Shown here piece by piece: positions 17,909 to 25,349 of a stretch of DNA of 60,900 nucleotides. Under the pieces are notes generated by a model that searched no databases, was not told where the DNA came from, and saw nothing but the letters and a program-made list of their open reading frames with translations. The stretch is taken from contig DKCJ01000020.1 of assembly GCA_002451465.1 (NCBI GenBank), positions 52,777-113,676 of the forward strand. The letters are read 5' to 3'. The position numbers were made by a program, and so were the translations under genes. Numbering within the stretch: position 1 is the first letter of the stretch; the number at the start of each line of letters is the position of its first letter. The DNA comes from Bacillales bacterium UBA6877. Lineage in GTDB: Bacteria; Bacillota_I; Bacilli_A; RFN20; CAG-826.

Positions 17909-19590
17909 TGAAAAATTTAAAGAAAGTATTAAAATCATTTATTATTTTCTTAGGAGTTATACCCGCAATAAGTGGGTGTAACTCTTTTAATAAAAATAAT
18001 AACAACAATAATCAAGATGATTGTGATCCAGATTTTGAGGATTGCGATAAAGAAACCATTAAATTAGAAACTTATAAAGAGAATAATTATGTTTTCGATA
18101 AAAATTCAACAAATAAATATGGGTCAATGAGTTATGAAATATTTGTTAGAAGTTTTTATGACTCAAATGGTGATGGTATTGGTGATTTAAATGGCGTAAA
18201 TCAAAAATTAGATTACTTAAAAGACTTAGGTATTAAAACAATTTGGCTTATGCCAATATTTCCTTCTCCAAGTTATCATGGCTATGATGTTACAAATTAT
18301 TACGACATAAATAAAGATTATGGAACTTTAGCTGATTTTGATAATTTAGTTAAAAACGCCAAAGAATATAATATTGACGTTATGCTTGATATTGTTTTTA
18401 ACCATTCAAGTATTAAACATGAATGGTTTAAAAAGTCTTATAATGATAAAATTAATAACAATCAAAGTGAAGATTCTAAAGCTGATTGGTATGTTTGGAG
18501 TGATTCTTATAAAACTGGGTTCCATAAATATTTAAATAGTAATCTTTATTATGAAGGTAATTTTAGTACAGATATGCCTGAATTTAACTTTGAAAATACA
18601 AAAGTTAAGGAAGAATTTATCAAAATATTAAATTATTGGATTGATAGAGGTGTTAAAGGATTTAGATTTGATGCTGTAAAATATTTTGACTATAACAATA
18701 CTCAAAAAAATGTCGAATATTTAAATTATTTTAAAGAAAACGTTAAAGATCCTTTGGTATATTTTGTAGGCGAAATGTGGGACAACATCAATTTAATTAA
18801 TGATTATTATAAATCTAAATGTGATTCTTTCTTTAAATTTAATGCTTCACTTGATAGTTCAAAACCCGAATCTTTTCTTGGTCAAGTTAAGGGTATAAGA
18901 CCAAGTAGAGATTTTGCATCAACTATAGAAAATCAAGAAAAAACATTAAAAGAAAATAATCCAAATGGTTATTCTTCATATTTTTATGCAAATCATGATA
19001 TGGATAGAGCTAGTGAATCATTTTCTAACATATCATATGCCAAAATGGCTGCTAATTTATTATGCTTAATGCCTGGAACACCTTTTATTTATTATGGTGA
19101 TGAAATTAATTTGAAGGGTAAAAGAGGTAGTGAAGGAACTGATGTTATGCGACGTTTACCTCTTATTTGGTCACAAAAAGATAAAACAGGGCAAACTAAA
19201 TTCCCTCAAGAAGAATTTAAATATCTTGAAAAAAATGTAAATCAAGTTTCACTTGGGATTGATGATTTATTAAATACAAACTATTCTTTATTAAATCACT
19301 ATAAAAAAGCCATAAATATCCGAAATAAATACCCATTCATAAAAAATTCTCAATTTATTAATAAAACAAAATTAATTGATGAAAAATATAAACATGTTTT
19401 GGCTTATGAATTAAAAAATAACGACGATTCTATCGTAGTTATTCATAATTTTGAAAATGACAATGTAGAAATAGATGTTTCTTCACTTGGAACAAAAATA
19501 GTTGATGAATTATCTGCCAAAAAATTAATTCCAGTTCTTGAGAACAATAAACTTAAAATTGGATCTTTATCTACGGTTATTCTTAAATAG
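17908..19590 (+). CDS. surface-anchored GH13 alpha-amylase family lipoprotein
   Basis: Lipobox AISGC (Cys24) followed by a poly-Asn linker. GH13 regions DIVFNHSS, GFRFDAVKY, VGEMWD and YANHDMDR are present. The start overlaps the malG-like stop (TAATG). Confidence 0.85.
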   Translation: MKNLKKVLKSFIIFLGVIPAISGCNSFNKNNNNNNQDDCDPDFEDCDKETIKLETYKENNYVFDKNSTNKYGSMSYEIFVRSFYDSNGDGIGDLNGVNQKLDYLKDLGIKTIWLMPIFPSPSYHGYDVTNYYDINKDYGTLADFDNLVKNAKEYNIDVMLDIVFNHSSIKHEWFKKSYNDKINNNQSEDSKADWYVWSDSYKTGFHKYLNSNLYYEGNFSTDMPEFNFENTKVKEEFIKILNYWIDRGVKGFRFDAVKYFDYNNTQKNVEYLNYFKENVKDPLVYFVGEMWDNINLINDYYKSKCDSFFKFNASLDSSKPESFLGQVKGIRPSRDFASTIENQEKTLKENNPNGYSSYFYANHDMDRASESFSNISYAKMAANLLCLMPGTPFIYYGDEINLKGKRGSEGTDVMRRLPLIWSQKDKTGQTKFPQEEFKYLEKNVNQVSLGIDDLLNTNYSLLNHYKKAINIRNKYPFIKNSQFINKTKLIDEKYKHVLAYELKNNDDSIVVIHNFENDNVEIDVSSLGTKIVDELSAKKLIPVLENNKLKIGSLSTVILK

Positions 19591-19614
19591 CAATTGAAAA
19601 ATTGCTATTTTTTT
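19588..19614 (+). terminator. rho-independent terminator of the mal operon
   Basis: TAGCAAT-tgaaaa-ATTGCTA stem followed by 7 T. Confidence 0.7.
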
Positions 19615-19615
19615 A

Positions 19616-19650
19616 TGTAACCGTTTTCATAAAAAATGTAAACGCTTACT
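19616..19650 (+). promoter_or_regulatory. two tandem cre / LacI-type operator-like sites (TGTAACCGTTTTCA and TGTAAACGCTTACT), centres 21 bp apart
   Basis: Site 1 (19616..19629) matches TGWAANCGNTNWCA at every position. Site 2 (19637..19650) has one mismatch. A possible promoter follows: TTTACA 19654..19659, 16 nt spacer, TAGAAT 19676..19681. Confidence 0.5.
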
Positions 19651-19723
19651 AACTTTACATAACATTTTCCTAGATTAGAATAATGTTGCTTTCAAAGAGA
19701 AAGCTATAAACAAGGAGGATATT

Positions 19724-19891
19724 ATGTATAACAATATGTTTAAACAAATAGATGAATACGAAAAAGAATATATTGGTGATGTATCTTCAGAAAAAAATGA
19801 AGGTAGAAAGTTATTTGTTCCATCAAATGACAATGCTGCTAGTGATATCGCATTCATCTGTGCGGTTAACCTTTTTTCAAAAAGGTTCTAA
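19724..19891 (+). CDS. unannotated 55-codon ORF (MYNNMFKQIDEYEKEYIGDVSSEKNEGRKLFVPSNDNAASDIAFICAVNLFSKRF)
   Basis: AAGGAGGA lies 5-6 nt upstream of the ATG. The ORF is below the 60-aa cutoff of the track. It is flanked by terminators, and a hairpin at 19865..19892 covers the stop codon. Confidence 0.45.
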   Translation: MYNNMFKQIDEYEKEYIGDVSSEKNEGRKLFVPSNDNAASDIAFICAVNLFSKRF

Positions 19892-19913
19892 CCGACACTT
19901 AATTTTGTTTATG

Positions 19914-19947
19914 AAATTCTGCTAAAAGCAGAATTTTTTATTTTTTA
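19914..19947. terminator. hairpin terminator shared by the convergent small ORF and the membrane-protein gene
   Basis: AAATTCTGC-taaaa-GCAGAATTT followed by TTTATTTTTT on the plus strand. Confidence 0.65.
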
Positions 19948-20423
19948 CTAATATTTTTAACGTCACTTTTCTTAACAAATTTAAATAAATAAATTAATAA
20001 AAAATTGATTATAAATGTTGATAAAAAAGAAAAAATAACGTAATTTTGTAAATTATTGAATGGAAGAGTTAAATACAAAGGAAATAAAGTTCCAATAAAA
20101 ATAAATACATAAAATATGAATAATAAAATTGAAGTAATTAAAGATAAATTGCTAAGTCTATAATTTAAATTATCATTTTCATCATATAAAATTGTTTTTA
20201 AAAAAGAACTATTAGTTTTAATAGAATTTACGGTATTTATTAATTGAATTACATTAAATATAATCATTAAAGTGATACATAAAAACGACACAAATATATC
20301 TATATTTGATTCGATTTGGTTATTTAAAATAAAAATTATCGATAAAATTACATAAACAATATTTAAAATTATAGAGAACGAAATTAATAAAATAAGCGTT
20401 AAATTAAACTTTTTAATATCCAT
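19938..20423 (-). CDS. hypothetical 4-TM membrane protein
   Basis: Four long hydrophobic segments. No recognisable family. Confidence 0.5.
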   Translation of the reverse strand: MDIKKFNLTLILLISFSIILNIVYVILSIIFILNNQIESNIDIFVSFLCITLMIIFNVIQLINTVNSIKTNSSFLKTILYDENDNLNYRLSNLSLITSILLFIFYVFIFIGTLFPLYLTLPFNNLQNYVIFSFLSTFIINFLLIYLFKFVKKSDVKNISKK

Positions 20424-20490
20424 AAAAATTACCTTTCTAATATTAACATTTTTTTATAATTTTTTACTAACAAAAGAGTATAATTATTTC

Positions 20491-21462
20491 ATGAAACAAA
20501 TATTTTTAGCAAAAAAAGGAAAGAGAATTTTAGCAAGATTAATTGATCTTATAATTTTATTTTTTTCAACATTTTTGTTATTTTTTACATTAATTTATCC
20601 TAATACTTTTAATAAAGAACAATTTAATAAAAATAGCATTGAAATTATTGAATATTTTAAGGATAGTGAGTTATTTATAGTTGATGATAATGGAAATTAT
20701 AGCGCTAAATCAACTTTAGCTTCTTTTAAAAAAATAGATGATTTATATAATAATGACTTAAGTTTCAACAATAAAGAATATAAAAACGTTTCATTAACAA
20801 AATCTCTTTATGATTTTTATACTATTAAATATAAGGAGTATGGTGGCGTAGCAAATTTAAATAATTCACAATATGAAAATGAAGTACTTTTAATTAATAA
20901 TAGTGAATCAAATATAAAATCGTATGATTTTAATAGCCACACCCTTAAAATGATTGATTCTTCAAAAGAAGATGTTACATTAACGTATTTTCTTAATAAA
21001 TATGAAAGTACATGTAAAAATATGATAAAAAGTTCGAAAATAAACGATTTAACAAATGAAAATCAAAAATTAATATTTACTGCACTTTCTGGTTTATTAC
21101 CAACTTTATTTGTTTTTGCATTTATTTATGAATTTATTATTCCTTGTTTTGGTAAATATGGAGAAACTATCGGTAAACATATTTTTAAAATTGGTTTAGT
21201 AAATAAAGATGGATATGAAATTAAAAAATATCAATTATTTATAAGATTTTTAGCGTATTATTTTATGGATATTTTACTTAGTGCTATTACTTTTGGTGGA
21301 GTATTTATAATAACTTATACAATGATGCTTTTTACTAAAAAAAGAAGATGTATTCATGACTTTATTAGCGGAACAGTCGTAATAAATACTGTAAATTCAA
21401 TTATTTTTAAAAACAAAAATGAAGAATTATATTATTTAAATAAGATAAACAAGGTAATTTAA
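20491..21462 (+). CDS. RDD family membrane protein with a large central non-membrane domain
   Basis: N-terminal RDD-type motif KRILARLIDLIILFF, and a C-terminal TM pair around GETIGKHIFKIGLV. TATAAT at 20479..20484 ends 7 nt before the ATG and there is no SD, so the mRNA may be leaderless. Confidence 0.6.
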   Translation: MKQIFLAKKGKRILARLIDLIILFFSTFLLFFTLIYPNTFNKEQFNKNSIEIIEYFKDSELFIVDDNGNYSAKSTLASFKKIDDLYNNDLSFNNKEYKNVSLTKSLYDFYTIKYKEYGGVANLNNSQYENEVLLINNSESNIKSYDFNSHTLKMIDSSKEDVTLTYFLNKYESTCKNMIKSSKINDLTNENQKLIFTALSGLLPTLFVFAFIYEFIIPCFGKYGETIGKHIFKIGLVNKDGYEIKKYQLFIRFLAYYFMDILLSAITFGGVFIITYTMMLFTKKRRCIHDFISGTVVINTVNSIIFKNKNEELYYLNKINKVI

Positions 21463-21463
21463 A

Positions 21464-22432
21464 ATGGATAAAAGAGTTAGAATTGAAAAAGGATTTATTT
21501 TGCATCGTATTTTTTCATATTTGCTAGATATATTGTTAACTTCGCTTTTTACAATTAGCCTTTATTTCATTGTATTATTTGGGGTTTTTGGGACATGTTT
21601 TAATTATGTAGGCAATGAATTTTATATAAATGAAACCTTAAAAGAAAATGATTTAACTTTAAGTGATAATTTAAGCTATGAAAAATATGAAGAAGTCATT
21701 CAACATTTTTATTTTGATAAATATAGCAATGAAATAATTAAAGATTATGAAGATTTATACAAGGAAAAATACACAATTTATCATATTTATAATGTTGTTG
21801 TTTTAGGTTTACCATCTAAAGTAACGGACGTAACAAAAAGTGATTATTTTGAATATGTTTTAAATAATGATTCAACTGTAAATTATGACGTTGTTGCAAA
21901 AACTATTCCTGGTAGTGGAAAAAATTATGAAAAAAATATGCATGATATTTTTTATAATCAATATAAAAAACTAAATAACTTATTAGAAAGATATGATTAT
22001 GACTATTTTAATATATTATCAAAAAATAACTTATATAAATTTATTTCAAGAACAGTTGCTATTTATACATCTTTTATTATCTTATTTGTCATAATTCCTC
22101 TTCAAAACAAGAATTCTTCAACTTTTGGTGAAAAGAAATTTAAATTAGGATATGTTGATGGTAAAAATGGCTATGTTTTAAAAAAATATAAAGTTATTTT
22201 AAAGAATTTAATTACATACTTCATACCAAGCCTAGGAGTGGTATTTTTCTCGCTTTATTCTTTTATAATTTTAACGATCGGTTGGTTATTTTTAAATTTT
22301 ATAATTATGGTTTTTTCTAGTGATAATAAAGATATATCAGAAAAAATTTTAAATATTGAAAGCATAGATGTTGAGCAATCTTTAGTTTTTAAAAACAAGA
22401 AAGAAGAAGAGGAATTTGAAAAAAATCTTTAA
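21464..22432 (+). CDS. RDD family membrane protein, tandem paralogue of the preceding gene
   Basis: HRIFSYLLDILLTSLF. STFGEKKFKLGYVDGKNGYVLKKYK parallels ETIGKHIFKIGLVNKDGYEIKKYQ in the neighbour, and both end in an (I/V)FKNK(N/K)EE motif. Confidence 0.6.
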   Translation: MDKRVRIEKGFILHRIFSYLLDILLTSLFTISLYFIVLFGVFGTCFNYVGNEFYINETLKENDLTLSDNLSYEKYEEVIQHFYFDKYSNEIIKDYEDLYKEKYTIYHIYNVVVLGLPSKVTDVTKSDYFEYVLNNDSTVNYDVVAKTIPGSGKNYEKNMHDIFYNQYKKLNNLLERYDYDYFNILSKNNLYKFISRTVAIYTSFIILFVIIPLQNKNSSTFGEKKFKLGYVDGKNGYVLKKYKVILKNLITYFIPSLGVVFFSLYSFIILTIGWLFLNFIIMVFSSDNKDISEKILNIESIDVEQSLVFKNKKEEEEFEKNL

Positions 22433-22475
22433 TATTTTAGAAAGAATCCATTGACAAACATGCTATAATTAGAAT

Positions 22476-23288
22476 ATGGATACTAATTTTAATTTACACA
22501 CACATACATCAAGATGTGAACACGCGGTTGGTCTTGATGAAGATTACGTAAAAAGCGCGATAAAAGCTGGTTTTAAAACCTTAGGTTTTAGTGATCATGC
22601 TTTCTTTCCTAATATTGTTCATAAAGGAATGAGAGGAGACTATAAGGAATTAGATAACTATATTTCTTCAATTAATGATTTAAAAAAGAAATATAAAGAT
22701 CAAATTGATATTAAATTAGGTTTTGAAACCGAATATCAAGAAAATTTCTATAGTTTTTATAGATTTTTAATAAAAGAAAAAGGTTTTGATTTTTTAATAC
22801 TTGGTCAACACGTTACATATAATGCACAAGGAGATCCAATTTATTATTTTAAAAATAATGACGATATCGAAGGAATCAAAAGATATAAAGACGATCTAAT
22901 TAAAGGAATGAAAACCGGATTATTTTTATATGTTTGTCACCCAGATTTATTTATGTGTAATATCACAAAAATTACTCCTGAAATAGAAGAAGTTTGTAGA
23001 GAAATATGTAAAGCAAGTGTCGAATACAATCTACCTCTTGAAATTAATCTTGGTGGATTAAGAAGAGAAAAGAAGACAAAAAATAGTTTGAATCATCATT
23101 ACCCTGATCCATTTTTCTGGAAAATAGCTAGTGAGTATGGTGTTTCATGTATTATTGGTATTGATGCTCATTCACCAAATGATTTAGAAAACAACAATTA
23201 CTTACAAATTGCATTCAATTTAATTAAAGAAAATAACTTAAAATTACTAAATGATGTGAAAATGATTAACTTAAATTATCTTGATTAA
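22476..23288 (+). CDS. PHP-domain phosphoesterase (HisJ/histidinol-phosphatase family)
   Basis: NLHTHTSRCEHA, GFSDHA, CHPD and GIDAHS metal-ligand motifs. Confidence 0.75.
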   Translation: MDTNFNLHTHTSRCEHAVGLDEDYVKSAIKAGFKTLGFSDHAFFPNIVHKGMRGDYKELDNYISSINDLKKKYKDQIDIKLGFETEYQENFYSFYRFLIKEKGFDFLILGQHVTYNAQGDPIYYFKNNDDIEGIKRYKDDLIKGMKTGLFLYVCHPDLFMCNITKITPEIEEVCREICKASVEYNLPLEINLGGLRREKKTKNSLNHHYPDPFFWKIASEYGVSCIIGIDAHSPNDLENNNYLQIAFNLIKENNLKLLNDVKMINLNYLD

Positions 23289-23315
23289 ATGCTAGAAATT
23301 CCTCTAGCATTTTTA
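23289..23315 (+). terminator. rho-independent terminator
   Basis: ATGCTAGA-aattcc-TCTAGCAT followed by TTTT. Confidence 0.6.
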
Positions 23316-23424
23316 ATTTAATGAAAATTTACAGAAAATTTTTTTCAATATTCAAAAAAAGTTATTTTGAGTATTAAATATTACATTGGTTTTTAGTAAA
23401 ATATATGAGAATAGAGGTAACAAT

Positions 23425-25329
23425 ATGGCATATGGAATTTTAGCTGATTATCTTAATGGTCAATCAATTGAAGGCTATACATATTTTGGAGCACATTTCA
23501 CAAAAAAAGAAATGGAAGTCAAGATAGAAATACCTTTAAAAAAAGATCCAACTAAGACAAAGAAAGCTACTGTAATAAAACTTGTTAATGGTGTAACTTT
23601 CAGATTATATGCCCCATTAGCTAGTGATGTTTCTGTTATAGGTGACTTTAATAACTGGGATCCAACAGTTCATAAAATGGAAAAAATTGATGATAGTGGG
23701 GTTTTTGAAATATTTATTCCTGGACTTCATAATTATTCTTTTTATAAATATCATTTCAAAAATTGTAAAGGCGAATATGTAGATAAAGCCGATCCATTTG
23801 CATTTTTTAGTGAATATAGACCAGGAAGTTGTTCAAGACTTTTTAATATCGAAGGTTTTATTTGGCATGATAGACCATATTTAAATAATAGAGATCGTAA
23901 TTTTGATAAACCAATGTCAATTTATGAAATGCACTTGGGAAGCTGGAAAGGTAAAGTTGATAATCGTTTTTTATCATATGAAGAAATTGCTGATTATTTA
24001 ATTCCTTATTTAAAGGGTCTTGGTTTTACACACATTGAAATTATGCCAATAACTCAATATCCATTCCCTGGAAGTTGGGGTTATCAAGCAACTGGTTTTT
24101 ATAGTGTTGACTCAACTTATGGTAATCCAATGCAACTTATGTCATTTGTTGATAGAATGCATCAAGCTGGGATTGGCGTTATATTAGATTTTGCTCCTGT
24201 TCACTTTGCTGTAGATTTATATTCTTTGAATCATTTTGATGGTAGTTGCCAATATGAATACGATAATGAACATATGTATTCACCATGGGGTTCTTTACAA
24301 TTTGATTTAGGAAAAGATCCGGTTCGCAGTTTTTTAATGTCTGCAATGGATTATTTCTTAACTTATTTCCATTTTGATGGAATAAGAGTTGATGCTGTTA
24401 GCAATATTATTTATTGGGAAGGTAATAAAGATAGAGGAGAAAATAACGGCGGTACCGAATTTATTCGTAGATTAAATGGAAAAATACATTATAAGCATAA
24501 TGGCGTAATGATGATTGCTGAAGATTCTACAGATTTTAATGGAACAACAAGATCTCTTGAACATGGTGGTTTAGGTTTTGATTATAAATGGGATTTAGGC
24601 TGGATGAATGATACATTAAAGTACTATTCTAAAGATCCAATCTACAAAAAATGGGAACACAATAAACTTACATTTTCAATGATGTATTTCTATAGTGAAA
24701 ACTTCTTATTACCTTTAAGTCATGATGAAGTTGTTCATGGTAAAGGTACCATAATTAATAAAATGTATGGCGATTACGATACAAAATTTGCCCTGATACG
24801 TAATTTATATACTTATCAATTTGCTCATCCAGGCAAAAAACTTAACTTTATGGGAAATGAACTTGCTTCATTTGATGAATGGAATGAAAATAGGTCTCTC
24901 CCTTGGGAACTTAAAAGATTTCCAAAACACGATAGTATTTCGCGTTTAATTAGAGATTTAAATTTAATTTATGCTTATGAAGAAGCTATGCATAAAGAAG
25001 AATATAACCCAGTTCATTTTAATTGGTTAATGGTTGATAATTCTGAACAAAGCGTCTTTGCTTTTGAAAGAAGAGTTGGTGATAGTCATTTAGTTTTTGT
25101 TTTCAATATGACTCCAAATTATTACGAATCGTATGATATTGGTTTAACTCGAGAGGGTAGTTATAAAGAAATCTTCAATAGTGATAAAGATGTTTATGGC
25201 GGAACAAATGCCTATAATGGTGATGAATTAAAATCTCAACAATATGGACCTGAAAACAAACCATTTAAATTAACGATTAAATTAGCAGGCTACGCTGCTA
25301 TGATATTCAAATATACACATAAAAATTAA
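23425..25329 (+). CDS. glgB: 1,4-alpha-glucan branching enzyme (GH13)
   Basis: CBM48-like N-terminus (FRLYAPLASDVSVIGDFNNWD). GH13 regions DFAPVHF, GIRVDAVSN, MIAEDST and LPLSHDEVVHGK. ATG 23425 follows GAGGT, and the track start TTG 23386 is probably an over-extension. Confidence 0.9.
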   Translation: MAYGILADYLNGQSIEGYTYFGAHFTKKEMEVKIEIPLKKDPTKTKKATVIKLVNGVTFRLYAPLASDVSVIGDFNNWDPTVHKMEKIDDSGVFEIFIPGLHNYSFYKYHFKNCKGEYVDKADPFAFFSEYRPGSCSRLFNIEGFIWHDRPYLNNRDRNFDKPMSIYEMHLGSWKGKVDNRFLSYEEIADYLIPYLKGLGFTHIEIMPITQYPFPGSWGYQATGFYSVDSTYGNPMQLMSFVDRMHQAGIGVILDFAPVHFAVDLYSLNHFDGSCQYEYDNEHMYSPWGSLQFDLGKDPVRSFLMSAMDYFLTYFHFDGIRVDAVSNIIYWEGNKDRGENNGGTEFIRRLNGKIHYKHNGVMMIAEDSTDFNGTTRSLEHGGLGFDYKWDLGWMNDTLKYYSKDPIYKKWEHNKLTFSMMYFYSENFLLPLSHDEVVHGKGTIINKMYGDYDTKFALIRNLYTYQFAHPGKKLNFMGNELASFDEWNENRSLPWELKRFPKHDSISRLIRDLNLIYAYEEAMHKEEYNPVHFNWLMVDNSEQSVFAFERRVGDSHLVFVFNMTPNYYESYDIGLTREGSYKEIFNSDKDVYGGTNAYNGDELKSQQYGPENKPFKLTIKLAGYAAMIFKYTHKN

Positions 25330-25349
25330 TTTATTAGAAAGGATTTTGT

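Noticed and set aside
17727-17981. 84-aa plus-strand ORF overlapping the malG-like end and the amylase start
   Set aside because: It is an alternative frame across a TAATG-coupled junction of two supported genes.
19675-19857. 60-aa minus-strand ORF from the track
   Set aside because: It has no SD. The opposite strand carries a 55-codon ORF with AAGGAGGA and promoter/operator signals, so the plus-strand reading is preferred.
23321-23377. 18-codon ORF (MKIYRKFFSIFKKSYFEY) upstream of glgB
   Set aside because: It has no SD, lies directly after a terminator, and has AT-rich chance-ORF composition.
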